Origin: Mycobacterium tuberculosis H37Rv
GTDB lineage: Bacteria > Actinomycetota > Actinomycetes > Mycobacteriales > Mycobacteriaceae
Direction: 5' to 3'
Assembly (NCBI RefSeq): GCF_000195955.2
Contig: NC_000962.3
Span: 3,180,001-3,212,000 of the forward strand
DNA length: 32,000 bases
In this document: in pieces, positions 1 to 9,397 of the stretch
Position numbering within the stretch: the first letter of the stretch is position 1
How the letters are laid out: every line of letters begins with the position of its first letter
Translations under genes and position numbers: made by a program
The notes under the pieces: generated by a model
Database searches by the model: none
Told to the model about the DNA's origin: nothing
Seen by the model: the letters and a program-made list of their open reading frames with translations, nothing else

Positions 1-531
1 AAGCGAAGCCTCCCACAGCGCCGACTCAACCAGCGCCTCGGGCGTGGCTTTGCCATACTTCTCCATGAACCGTTTGTCCAGCGAACCGGCGTTGACACCG
101 ATTCGGATCGGGATCCCGGCCGCACCCGCCGCCTTGGCGACCTCACCCACCCGGCCGTCAAACTCCTTGATGTTGCCCGGGTTGACCCGCACCGCGGCAC
201 ATCCAGCGTCGATGGCGGCGAATATGTAGCGCGGCTGGAAATGTATGTCCGCGACTACCGGGATCTGGCTGTGCCGGGCGATCTCGGCCAGCGCGTCGGC
301 GTCCTCCTGGCGCGGGCAGGCCACCCGCACGATGTCGCATCCGGCCGCGGTCAGCTCGGCGATTTGTTGCAATGTCGAGTTGACGTCGTGGGTTTTGGTG
401 GTGCACATCGATTGCACCGAGACCGGATGGTCACTGCCCACGCCGACGTTGCCGACCATCAGCTGACGGGTGGCGCGCCGGGGAGCGAGCGTGGGTGCCG
501 GGGGCTGCGGCATGCCCAAGCCTACAGTCAC
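1..531 (-). CDS. ispG: IspG (GcpE), 4-hydroxy-3-methylbut-2-enyl diphosphate synthase; N-terminal 177 codons only, the rest lies beyond the window start
   Basis: The minus-strand frame is open from the window edge to a GTG at 531..529. Translation starts [37 protein letters not shown], which I recognise as mycobacterial IspG. It is absent from the ORF track because it is open-ended. Confidence 0.9.
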   Translation of the reverse strand, partial: MTVGLGMPQPPAPTLAPRRATRQLMVGNVGVGSDHPVSVQSMCTTKTHDVNSTLQQIAELTAAGCDIVRVACPRQEDADALAEIARHSQIPVVADIHFQPRYIFAAIDAGCAAVRVNPGNIKEFDGRVGEVAKAAGAAGIPIRIGVNAGSLDKRFMEKYGKATPEALVESALWEASL

Positions 532-547
532 TGAAAATCCTTTCTAC

Positions 548-1762
548 CTACTGGAAAAGCCTAATCGGGTTGACCAGGTCGGCGGTGACGGTCAAGAGCA
601 TGTACCCGACGACAAGAACCAAGACCACATAGGTCGCCGGCAAGAGTTTGAGGTAATTCACCGGTGCGGCCGCCACCTTGCCACGAGCCGACCGGACCAT
701 GTTGCGGATCCTCTCGAACACCGCGACGGCAATATGGCCGCCATCGAACGGCAGCAACGGCAGCAGGTTGATCGCAGCCAGGATGAGGTTCAGCTGGGCC
801 AAGAAGAACCAGAACGCCACCCACAGCCCATGGTCGACGGTGTCGCCGCCGATGATGCTGGCGCCCACCACACTTATCGGCGTCTGCGGGTCACGCTGCC
901 CGCCGCCGATCGCCCGCACCAGCGCACCTACCTTGGTCGGGAGGGCGGCCAGCGCCTTGCCCACCTCCACGGTCAGGTCGCCGGTGACCGCGAATGTGGC
1001 CGGCATGGCGGAGAACACGCCGTAGCGCACAGGCCCGACCCGGGCGGCGCCCACCCCAATCGCACCGACCGTTGCCGGCTGGAGCTCACCGCCCTGCCCG
1101 TTAGGGATCCAGCGTTGGGTGGATTCGATGTCCACGTAGGTAACAATCGCGGTGCCGTCACGCTCGACAACGATCGGGACGCTGCCGTGTGACTTGCGCA
1201 CCGCGGCGGCCATCTCGTCGAAACTGGACACCGGGGTGTCACCGACCTTGACCACGACGTCACCGGAGCGAATTCCGGCCAGCGCCGCCGGACCGGGCCC
1301 GGTGCACTGCTCGAGCTTGCCCTGGCTCACTTCCTGTGCAACGCAGCCAGTTTCGCCGATTACGGCCCTGGTTGGCGGATGCAGGTTAGGCAGCCCCCAG
1401 ACCAGCGCGATGGCATAGATCAGCACCAGGCAGATAGCGAGGTTCATTCCGGGCCCGGCGAATAACACTGCGACCCGCTTCCAGGTGGCCTGCTTGTACA
1501 TCGCACGGTCACGTTCGTCGGGGTCGAGTTCCTCGACCGGGGTCATGCCGGCGATGTCACAGAAGCCGCCCAGCGGAACGGCTTTGACACCGTATTCGGT
1601 CTCGCCGCGCCGGGTCGACCACAACGTGGGGCCAAAGCCGACGAAATAGCGACGTACCTTCATCCCGGTGCGGCGCGCGACCCACATGTGACCACATTCG
1701 TGCAGGGCCACCGAAATCAGGATCGCGAGCGCGAACAGCACAATGCCGGTAACAAACATCAT
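548..1762 (-). CDS. rip1: Site-2 (RseP/S2P family) membrane zinc metalloprotease Rip1 with PDZ domain
   Basis: 404 aa ORF. It carries an HExxH motif (LHECGHMW), a second S2P motif ([12 protein letters not shown]), several hydrophobic segments and a central PDZ-like region. It sits between dxr and ispG, as is typical for actinobacteria. Confidence 0.95.
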
Positions 1763-1769
1763 CGAGGTG

Positions 1770-3011
1770 TCAGGACCTTTCTAACGTCGATGCGTGTCGA
1801 CCCGCTGCGCCCGGCTTCGCCGTGCTTGCGATCGCCACCGAAGCCATACCAGATACCGCGCGCTGCGCTCGCTCGCGGGCCCAGCGCTGCGCGTCGAGTA
1901 CGTCATCCACGGTAGCGGGTTCGACGGCCCATTGGTCGGCAGCGTGCAACACGTCGGCGATGATGCCGACGATGGCCGGGAAGCCGATCCGGCCAGCAAG
2001 GAACGCCGCTGCTGCTTCTTCGTTCGCCGCATTGTAAACCGCGGTCATGCAGCCACCGGCTACGCCGGCCTGCCGGGCCAACTCGACCGCGGGGAAGACG
2101 TCGGTGTCCAACGGCTCGAACTCCCAGCTCGACGCGGTATGGAAATCACAGGCAGCAGCGGCGCCGCTGACCCGACGCGGCCAGCCCAGCGCTAACGAAA
2201 TCGGTAGCTTCATGTCCGGGGGACTGGCCTGGGCGATCGTCGAACCGTCGATGAAGGTGACCATCGAATGGATGATCGACTGGGGGTGCACCACGACATC
2301 GATGCGGTCGTAGGGGATGCCGAACAGCAGGTGGGTTTCGATGACCTCAAGTCCCTTGTTGACCAGCGACGCCGAATTCAGCGTGTTCATCGGGCCCATC
2401 GACCACGTAGGATGCGCGCCAGCCTGCTCGGGGGTGACATGCTCGAGGTCGGCCGCGGACCAGCCCCGAAACGGCCCTCCCGAGGCCGTCAGCACCAGCT
2501 TGGCGACCTCGTCGGGAGTGCCGCCGCGCAGGCACTGGGCCAGCGCGGAGTGTTCGGAGTCGACCGGCACGATCTGACCGGGCCGCGCCGCCCGCAGCAC
2601 CAGCGAACCACCGGCGACCAGCGATTCCTTGTTGGCCAGCGCCAGCCGGGCACCCGTCTTGAGCGCGGCCAACGTCGGTCGCAGGCCCAACGCGCCGACC
2701 AGCGCATTGAGGACGACGTCGGCCTCGGTCTGCTCGACCAGCCGGGTGGCGGCGTCGGATCCGTGGTAGGGGATGTCGCCGACCCGCTGCGCCGCGTGCT
2801 CGTCAGCGACGGCAATATTGGTCACCCCGGTCTGCGCACGTTGTCGCAGCAACGTGTCCAGATGGGCGCCGCCAGCGGCCAGCCCGACTACCTCGAAACG
2901 GTCCGGATTGTCGGCGATGACCTGAAGCGCCTGGGTGCCGATCGAGCCGGTACTGCCCAGCACCACCACCCGCAACCGGCCGTCAGCGCGCCCGTCGGTC
3001 GAGTTGGTCAC
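1770..3011 (-). CDS. dxr: 1-deoxy-D-xylulose 5-phosphate reductoisomerase Dxr
   Basis: The ORF is open to 3080 (436 aa). Conserved sequence begins near the GTG at 3011 (VTNSTDG...[20 protein letters not shown]-binding motif), giving 413 aa. I chose the 3011 start from memory of the annotated protein; 3080 is the maximal alternative. Confidence 0.93.
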
Positions 3012-3137
3012 CTCATCATTGTGCGCCACCACCTCGTTGTCACCGCGCCGCCGGATCACGACGCGTCCACCGGTAGCCACACTTCCCCGTGGAATGCAAT
3101 CGTCTTGATGCCTGCGCTTGATGCTAAGATGCCATGC

Positions 3138-3395
3138 GTGCGCACGACGATCCGTATCGATGACGAGCTGTACCGCGAGGTGAAAGCAAAGGCCGCTCGT
3201 TCCGGGCGTACCGTGGCCGCGGTTCTTGAAGATGCGGTGCGGCGTGGTCTCAACCCGCCTAAGCCGCAGGCCGCCGGCCGTTATCGAGTCCAGCCGTCGG
3301 GTAAGGGCGGCCTGCGGCCCGGTGTCGATCTATCGTCCAACGCCGCACTTGCCGAAGCGATGAACGACGGCGTGTCGGTCGATGCTGTGCGTTGA
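3138..3395 (+). CDS. vapB43: VapB43 antitoxin (ribbon-helix-helix type)
   Basis: These are the last 85 codons of the 2268..3395 ORF: (V)[37 protein letters not shown]. The start is GTG at 3138, or ATG at 3129. It overlaps the downstream PIN gene by 14 nt. Confidence 0.85.
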   Translation: MRTTIRIDDELYREVKAKAARSGRTVAAVLEDAVRRGLNPPKPQAAGRYRVQPSGKGGLRPGVDLSSNAALAEAMNDGVSVDAVR

Positions 3396-3825
3396 TGTCA
3401 ACGTGCTCGTTTACGCGCATCGGGCAGACCTACGGGAGCACGCGGACTATCGGGGTTTGCTTGAGCGGCTGGCCAACGATGACGAGCCGCTGGGTCTACC
3501 AGATAGCGTGCTCGCCGGCTTCATCCGGGTGGTTACCAACCGCCGCGTCTTCACCGAGCCGACGAGCCCACAGGACGCATGGCAGGCAGTCGACGCCCTA
3601 CTCGCGGCACCCGCAGCCATGCGACTTCGGCCTGGCGAGCGCCACTGGATGGCCTTTCGGCAGTTAGCGTCCGATGTTGATGCGAACGGCAACGACATTG
3701 CGGACGCGCACCTGGCCGCCTACGCGCTAGAGAACAACGCAACCTGGTTGAGCGCCGACCGCGGCTTTGCCCGTTTCCGTCGACTGCGCTGGCGTCATCC
3801 GTTGGACGGTCAGACCCATCTATAA
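3382..3825 (+). CDS. vapC43: VapC43 PIN-domain toxin
   Basis: 147 aa. It has a PIN signature: N-terminal VDVNVLVYA acidic residue and C-terminal [25 protein letters not shown]. It is translationally coupled to vapB43. Confidence 0.9.
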   Translation: MLCVDVNVLVYAHRADLREHADYRGLLERLANDDEPLGLPDSVLAGFIRVVTNRRVFTEPTSPQDAWQAVDALLAAPAAMRLRPGERHWMAFRQLASDVDANGNDIADAHLAAYALENNATWLSADRGFARFRRLRWRHPLDGQTHL

Positions 3826-3842
3826 CCGGCCCCACTCCGAAT
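3816..3842 (+). promoter_or_regulatory. Candidate ECF-sigma (SigK-type) promoter for mpt83: CCATCT-N15-CCGAAT
   Basis: CCATCT lies at 3816..3821 and CCGAAT at 3837..3842, 63 nt upstream of the mpt83 ATG. A near-identical motif with identical 15-nt spacing occurs upstream of the paralog mpt70 (6939..6965). Confidence 0.45.
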
Positions 3843-3904
3843 CACTGGTGTCCACCCAGGAGGACGGCGTTCAACGCCGCCGCAGAAGCAAAGGAATCGA
3901 AGCG

Positions 3905-4567
3905 ATGATCAACGTTCAGGCCAAACCGGCCGCAGCAGCGAGCCTCGCAGCCATCGCGATTGCGTTCTTAGCGGGTTGTTCGAGCACCAAACCCGTGTCG
4001 CAAGACACCAGCCCGAAACCGGCGACCAGCCCGGCGGCGCCCGTTACCACGGCGGCAATGGCTGACCCCGCAGCGGACCTGATTGGTCGTGGGTGCGCGC
4101 AATACGCGGCGCAAAATCCCACCGGTCCCGGATCGGTGGCCGGAATGGCGCAAGACCCGGTCGCTACCGCGGCTTCCAACAACCCGATGCTCAGTACCCT
4201 GACCTCGGCTCTGTCGGGCAAGCTGAACCCGGATGTGAATCTGGTCGACACCCTCAACGGCGGCGAGTACACCGTTTTCGCCCCCACCAACGCCGCATTC
4301 GACAAGCTGCCGGCGGCCACTATCGATCAACTCAAGACTGACGCCAAGCTGCTCAGCAGCATCCTGACCTACCACGTGATAGCCGGCCAGGCGAGTCCGA
4401 GCAGGATCGACGGCACCCATCAGACCCTGCAAGGTGCCGACCTGACGGTGATAGGCGCCCGCGACGACCTCATGGTCAACAACGCCGGTTTGGTATGTGG
4501 CGGAGTTCACACCGCCAACGCGACGGTGTACATGATCGATACGGTGCTGATGCCCCCGGCACAGTAA
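3905..4567 (+). CDS. mpt83: MPT83 lipoprotein antigen (FAS1/fasciclin domain)
   Basis: 220 aa starting at the ATG at 3905 ([28 protein letters not shown], lipobox LAGC), followed by a FAS1 domain. The ORF track extends 46 codons further upstream (3767) without support. Confidence 0.95.
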   Translation: MINVQAKPAAAASLAAIAIAFLAGCSSTKPVSQDTSPKPATSPAAPVTTAAMADPAADLIGRGCAQYAAQNPTGPGSVAGMAQDPVATAASNNPMLSTLTSALSGKLNPDVNLVDTLNGGEYTVFAPTNAAFDKLPAATIDQLKTDAKLLSSILTYHVIAGQASPSRIDGTHQTLQGADLTVIGARDDLMVNNAGLVCGGVHTANATVYMIDTVLMPPAQ

Positions 4568-4583
4568 CGTTCGGCGCGGTCAA

Positions 4584-4617
4584 GGCGAGGCAGCCCGTGT
4601 AGGCGGTTTGCCTCGCT
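4584..4617 (+). terminator. Stem-loop downstream of mpt83 (possible intrinsic terminator or attenuator)
   Basis: An 8 bp perfect stem (4585..4592 GCGAGGCA pairs with 4609..4616 TGCCTCGC) plus a G-U closing pair and a 16-nt loop. It starts 17 nt after the mpt83 stop. There is no U-tract. Confidence 0.35.
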
Positions 4618-4662
4618 CATCCGGCGGCTTCGTGCCGATAGATCACGTGATATCCCAAGCGC

Positions 4663-4968
4663 ATGACGGTGACACCGCGCCCAGCGCAAGCCGATCCCCG
4701 CAGCATGCCTGCTGAAGTCGCGTCTCGCGAACTGCGCAACAACACCGCCGGGCTGCTACGGCGCGTGCAGGCCGGCGAAGACATCACCATCACTGCCAAC
4801 GGCAAACCCGTTGCGCTGCTGACCGCAGGCAGCCCGCACGGCGCCGATGGTTGAGTCGAGACGAGCTGCTGCGGCGGCTTCGGCATACGCAAGCAGATGC
4901 GGGATTGCACCCGCGACCTCGCAACGCTCACTGGCGACACCACCGACGATCTCGGTCCCGTCCGGTGA
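4663..4968 (+). pseudogene. Decayed Phd/YefM-family antitoxin (VapB-like), interrupted by two frameshifts
   Basis: Frame 1 reads (M)[39 protein letters not shown] and then a stop at 4852. Frame 0 continues [25 protein letters not shown]. Frame 1 then resumes [18 protein letters not shown] and stops at 4966..4968. Joined, these reproduce the full architecture of a mycobacterial Phd-type antitoxin as I remember it. Confidence 0.7.
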
Positions 4969-6934
4969 GGGCCGCTGCCGTTGCCACGTCGCAAGGGGTG
5001 CCGGTCGTGACCCACGACGGCGACTTCGACGCCGTCGATGGTGTGGCCGATGTGGCTATCATTCGCATCTGACGGGTGGCGAGTTCGACGTGAACCGACT
5101 CTGTCAACAGCGCTCGCGTGAGCGGTCCTGCCAACTCGTTGCCGTCCCGGCAGATCCAAGACCTAAACGGCAACGAATAACCGATGTGTTGACCCTCGCA
5201 CTAGTCGGCTTCCTCGGCGGCCTCATCACCGGAATATCACCATGCATTCTGCCGGTCCTGCCAGTAATCTTCTTCTCCGGCGCGCAGAGCGTCGATGCAG
5301 CGCAGGTGGCGAAACCCGAAGGCGCCGTAGCAGTCCGGCGCAAACGTGCGCTATCAGCGACATTGCGGCCCTACCGGGTGATCGGTGGTCTGGTGCTCAG
5401 TTTCGGCATGGTCACCCTGCTCGGCTCGGCATTGCTGTCAGTGCTGCATCTACCGCAGGACGCCATCCGCTGGGCCGCACTGGTCGCCTTGGTGGCAATC
5501 GGCGCCGGCCTCATTTTCCCGCGGTTTGAACAACTTCTGGAAAAACCGTTCTCCCGTATTCCGCAGAAGCAAATCGTCACTCGCAGCAACGGTTTCGGGC
5601 TGGGTCTAGCCCTGGGCGTGTTGTATGTCCCCTGCGCCGGCCCGATTCTAGCTGCGATCGTCGTGGCCGGGGCTACTGCCACCATCGGGTTGGGAACCGT
5701 CGTGCTCACCGCGACATTCGCACTCGGAGCCGCGTTGCCGTTGTTGTTCTTCGCCCTCGCCGGCCAACGGATAGCTGAGCGGGTGGGCGCTTTTCGGCGC
5801 CGCCAGCGTGAGATCAGGATCGCCACCGGTTCCGTGACGATCCTGCTGGCGGTGGCGTTGGTGTTCGATCTGCCGGCCGCGCTGCAGCGGGCTATTCCTG
5901 ACTACACCGCATCGCTGCAGCAGCAGATCAGCACCGGCACGGAGATACGGGAACAACTGAACCTTGGCGGCATCGTCAACGCCCAGAACGCACAGCTGTC
6001 GAATTGCAGCGACGGGGCCGCACAACTCGAAAGCTGCGGCACTGCACCAGATCTCAAAGGCATCACCGGCTGGCTCAACACGCCCGGCAACAAGCCGATC
6101 GACCTGAAATCATTGCGTGGCAAGGTGGTGCTGATTGACTTTTGGGCCTACTCCTGCATTAACTGCCAACGGGCCATCCCCCACGTCGTCGGTTGGTATC
6201 AGGCCTACAAAGACAGTGGTTTGGCGGTCATCGGCGTGCACACCCCCGAGTACGCTTTCGAGAAGGTCCCGGGCAACGTCGCCAAAGGCGCGGCCAATCT
6301 GGGCATCAGCTATCCGATTGCGCTCGACAACAACTACGCCACTTGGACCAACTACCGGAATCGCTATTGGCCCGCCGAGTATCTGATCGACGCTACCGGG
6401 ACGGTGCGGCACATCAAGTTCGGAGAAGGCGATTACAACGTCACCGAGACGTTGGTCAGGCAGTTGCTCAACGATGCCAAGCCCGGCGTCAAACTCCCCC
6501 AGCCCAGCAGCACCACCACGCCCGACCTTACCCCGCGGGCCGCACTTACTCCCGAGACGTACTTCGGAGTCGGCAAGGTGGTCAACTACGGCGGCGGCGG
6601 CGCATATGACGAAGGGTCGGCCGTGTTTGACTACCCGCCCAGTTTGGCAGCCAACAGCTTTGCACTGCGCGGCCGGTGGGCGCTGGACTATCAGGGTGCC
6701 ACGTCCGACGGCAACGACGCCGCTATCAAATTGAATTACCACGCCAAAGACGTCTACATCGTTGTCGGTGGCACCGGCACCCTCACGGTCGTGAGGGACG
6801 GAAAGCCAGCCACACTACCGATCAGCGGGCCGCCGACCACCCATCAGGTGGTCGCCGGCTATCGGCTGGCGTCCGAAACACTTGAGGTGCGGCCCAGCAA
6901 GGGGCTACAGGTTTTTTCCTTCACCTACGGATGA
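4847..6934 (+). CDS. dipZ: DipZ: CcdA-like membrane electron-transfer domain, thioredoxin-like CxxC domain and a C-terminal beta-rich domain. The maximal ORF is shown; the functional start is probably the GTG at 5186
   Basis: 695 aa maximal ORF. Recognisable sequence starts at residue ~114 ([26 protein letters not shown]; second CcdA Cys in YVPCAGPIL). The thioredoxin motif is [12 protein letters not shown]. Residues 1-113 are Arg/Cys-rich and read out of frame across the TA relic. Confidence 0.88.
4965..5072 (+). pseudogene. VapC (PIN) toxin remnant: native start fused to C-terminal ~33 codons, catalytic core deleted
   Basis: The GTG at 4965 overlaps the antitoxin TGA (GTGA junction). The 35 aa product [35 protein letters not shown] matches only the C-terminal segment of PIN toxins (..LP.VT.D.DF..). 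By hand count, about 77 percent of third codon positions are G or C in this frame. Confidence 0.6.
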
Positions 6935-6938
6935 ATAT

Positions 6939-6965
6939 CCATCCAAGACCCGGACGGCTCCGAAG
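6939..6965 (+). promoter_or_regulatory. Candidate ECF-sigma (SigK-type) promoter for mpt70: CCATCC-N15-CCGAAG
   Basis: CCATCC lies at 6939..6944 and CCGAAG at 6960..6965, just after the dipZ stop and 65 nt upstream of the mpt70 ATG. It shares its architecture with 3816..3842. Confidence 0.45.
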
Positions 6966-7029
6966 AAATCATGTCGGGGGTAGCGAGACGGCACAAGCCG
7001 CCGTCTCCGGCAGCGAAGGAGTGAACGGC

Positions 7030-7611
7030 ATGAAGGTAAAGAACACAATTGCGGCAACCAGTTTCGCGGCGGCCGGCCTGGCGGCTCTGGCGGTGGCTGT
7101 CTCACCGCCGGCGGCCGCAGGCGATCTGGTGGGCCCGGGCTGCGCGGAATACGCGGCAGCCAATCCCACTGGGCCGGCCTCGGTGCAGGGAATGTCGCAG
7201 GACCCGGTCGCGGTGGCGGCCTCGAACAATCCGGAGTTGACAACGCTGACGGCTGCACTGTCGGGCCAGCTCAATCCGCAAGTAAACCTGGTGGACACCC
7301 TCAACAGCGGTCAGTACACGGTGTTCGCACCGACCAACGCGGCATTTAGCAAGCTGCCGGCATCCACGATCGACGAGCTCAAGACCAATTCGTCACTGCT
7401 GACCAGCATCCTGACCTACCACGTAGTGGCCGGCCAAACCAGCCCGGCCAACGTCGTCGGCACCCGTCAGACCCTCCAGGGCGCCAGCGTGACGGTGACC
7501 GGTCAGGGTAACAGCCTCAAGGTCGGTAACGCCGACGTCGTCTGTGGTGGGGTGTCTACCGCCAACGCGACGGTGTACATGATTGACAGCGTGCTAATGC
7601 CTCCGGCGTAA
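7030..7611 (+). CDS. mpt70: MPT70 secreted antigen (FAS1/fasciclin domain)
   Basis: 193 aa starting at the ATG at 7030 ([32 protein letters not shown], signal peptide), with a GAAGGAG Shine-Dalgarno sequence just upstream. It is a close paralog of mpt83 at both protein and nucleotide level. Confidence 0.95.
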   Translation: MKVKNTIAATSFAAAGLAALAVAVSPPAAAGDLVGPGCAEYAAANPTGPASVQGMSQDPVAVAASNNPELTTLTAALSGQLNPQVNLVDTLNSGQYTVFAPTNAAFSKLPASTIDELKTNSSLLTSILTYHVVAGQTSPANVVGTRQTLQGASVTVTGQGNSLKVGNADVVCGGVSTANATVYMIDSVLMPPA

Positions 7612-7662
7612 TCGTCCGCGGAGGCCGCCGACCCGCCCGAGAGCGACTGAGCATGTGCCAGA

Positions 7663-7977
7663 ATGTTCGGGCAGTGGGAGTTCGACGTCAGTCCAACCGG
7701 AGGAATCGCCGTGGCAAGTACCGAGGTGGAGCACTTCGCCGGCTCGCAACATGAGGTCGACACCGCCGAGGTTCCATCTGCAGCGTGGGGGTGGAGCCGG
7801 ATCGATCACCGCACCTGGCACATCGTCGGCCTGTGCATCTTCGGCTTCCTGCTGGCGATGCTGCGGGGCAACCACGTCGGCCACGTCGAGGACTGGTTCC
7901 TGATCACGTTTGCCGCAGTCGTGCTGTTCGTCTTGGCGCGCGACTTGTGGGGCCGACGACGCGGCTGGATCAGATAG
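7663..7977 (+). CDS. Small conserved membrane protein (Rv2876-like, DUF2631-type)
   Basis: 104 aa with two hydrophobic helices ([31 protein letters not shown]). I recognise it as the gene following mpt70 in M. tuberculosis. Confidence 0.8.
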   Translation: MFGQWEFDVSPTGGIAVASTEVEHFAGSQHEVDTAEVPSAAWGWSRIDHRTWHIVGLCIFGFLLAMLRGNHVGHVEDWFLITFAAVVLFVLARDLWGRRRGWIR

Positions 7978-7980
7978 CCA

Positions 7981-7998
7981 GCACACCGTTCGGTGTGC
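7981..7998. terminator. Hairpin between convergent genes (possible bidirectional terminator)
   Basis: GCACACC (7981..7987), loop GTTC, GGTGTGC (7992..7998). This is a perfect 7 bp stem in the 30 nt gap between the stop at 7977 and the minus-strand stop at 8008. Confidence 0.4.
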
Positions 7999-8007
7999 CC
8001 GACCCGG

Positions 8008-8871
8008 TCAGCGCCGCACCCGCCGAAACCAGGTACCGGCGAAGGCACCGACCACCAGCACAACCAGCAACACCGCCCAAGGCCATGCACCGTGCTGGTT
8101 AACCCAGCCAGCCAGGGCACCTTGCAGGCGGCCGGCCGCGGCAATCACCGCATCCTGGGGATTCGCCCCGACACCGGCAATCAGGCGCAGCTCGTAGAGA
8201 CCGTAGTAACCCACGTACAGCCCGACCACCACCAGCAGCGCGCCACTGATCCGGTTGACGAACGGCAAGATTCGCCGTAGGCGGTCGGCCAGCGCCGAGC
8301 TCGCGGTCGCGGCCGCGACGGCAAGCACGCCGACAACGAGGGTCAGGCCCGCGACATAAGCCAGATAGATCGCTACGCTCCCGACGACCGAACCGCCCCG
8401 CAGGCCTGCCCCGGTAACCGCGAGAAACGGCCCGATGGTGCATGACAGCGAAGCAACCGCATAGCTGATGCCGTAGCCATACATGGAACCCAGCCGTACC
8501 GTTGGAGCCCAACGCACGCCGAGGGATCGGGGCGTCAACGCCGTCAGCCCTCGTCCCAACAGCAGCCACCCGCCGAGGGCGATGAGCGCCAGACCGATCA
8601 GCACCGTGGCATAGGGCAGGTATCGCTGCACCGCCGTGGCCGCGGAAATGGTCAGGGCTCCGAAGATGCCGAACACCGTCAAGAAGCCCAGCGCCATCCC
8701 GACCGTGGCGGCTGCCGCTCGGCCCACTGCGCTAAGCGGCCCCGTCCGGCCCGCCGAATCCTGCCCATACACCACCAACAGCAGGTAGGCCGGCAACATG
8801 GCAAACCCGCATGGGTTCAGCGCAGCCACCAACCCGGCGGCGAACGCCAAACCGATCAGCGCCTCGTTCAC
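8008..8871 (-). CDS. CcdA/DsbD-core-like integral membrane protein (Rv2877c; annotated MerT-like)
   Basis: 287 aa, polytopic. It has the two conserved CcdA-type cysteines in transmembrane helices (LNPCGFAMLP and SLSCTIGPFL). Its GTG start lies 4 nt after the mpt53 stop. Confidence 0.85.
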   Translation of the reverse strand: MNEALIGLAFAAGLVAALNPCGFAMLPAYLLLVVYGQDSAGRTGPLSAVGRAAAATVGMALGFLTVFGIFGALTISAATAVQRYLPYATVLIGLALIALGGWLLLGRGLTALTPRSLGVRWAPTVRLGSMYGYGISYAVASLSCTIGPFLAVTGAGLRGGSVVGSVAIYLAYVAGLTLVVGVLAVAAATASSALADRLRRILPFVNRISGALLVVVGLYVGYYGLYELRLIAGVGANPQDAVIAAAGRLQGALAGWVNQHGAWPWAVLLVVLVVGAFAGTWFRRVRR

Positions 8872-8875
8872 CGGG

Positions 8876-9397
8876 TCAGGACGTCAGCGCAGCCACCCGG
8901 CCGGACAGCTCGTCCTGAGACATGGCCGCGGTGGGGTTGTTGACGAACGTCGATGTGCCGTCCGCGCGATAGAACACAAATGCCGGTTGCCAAGGCACGT
9001 TGTAGCGGGCCCAGATCACACCATCGGCGTCATTGAGGTTGGTGAAATTCAGGTTGTACTTCGAGACAAAGCTCTGCATCGCCCCGACGTCGGCGCGGGT
9101 GGCGATTCCGACGAAGGTGACCGCCGGATTAGCGGCCGCTACCTGGCTGAGGCTGGGGGCTTCTGCGTTGCAGAACGGGCACCACGGCGTCCAGAACCAC
9201 AACACCGCCGGCTTGCCTTGCAGGCTTGCGCCATCGAAGGGAGCACCGCTGAGCGTGGTTGCGGTGAACTGCAGACGTTCATCGGCTGCCACCGCTCGCG
9301 GTGTATTGGCCAGACCGAACATCAGGACAACCGCGATAGCAACGGCCACAATGCCGTCCGCAAACGCCTTGATCGGGGACACCAGGCGAAGACTCAT
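8876..9397 (-). CDS. mpt53: MPT53 secreted DsbE/TlpA-like thioredoxin-fold oxidoreductase
   Basis: 173 aa starting at the ATG at 9397 (MSLRLVSPIK..., GAGG Shine-Dalgarno 8 nt upstream). The CxxC active site is WTPWCPFCNAE. The ORF track start at 9409 is a GTG 4 codons upstream. Confidence 0.9.
   Translation of the reverse strand: MSLRLVSPIKAFADGIVAVAIAVVLMFGLANTPRAVAADERLQFTATTLSGAPFDGASLQGKPAVLWFWTPWCPFCNAEAPSLSQVAAANPAVTFVGIATRADVGAMQSFVSKYNLNFTNLNDADGVIWARYNVPWQPAFVFYRADGTSTFVNNPTAAMSQDELSGRVAALTS

Noticed and set aside
470..1192. 240 aa plus-strand ORF
   Set aside because: It is antisense to the well-supported rip1 gene, has a low-complexity Arg/Asp/His-rich translation and contains no domain signature.
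2268..3137. Upstream 290 codons of the 375 aa plus-strand ORF that ends as vapB43
   Set aside because: It is entirely antisense to dxr, Arg/Gly/Gln-rich and has no recognisable motif. This is the usual stop-free antisense frame of a GC-rich gene. Only the last 85 codons (vapB43) are credible.
4612..4642. TCATCC-N12-CCGATA upstream of the TA relic, considered as a third SigK-like promoter
   Set aside because: The spacing is 12 nt rather than 15, and both hexamers deviate from the two well-matched copies.
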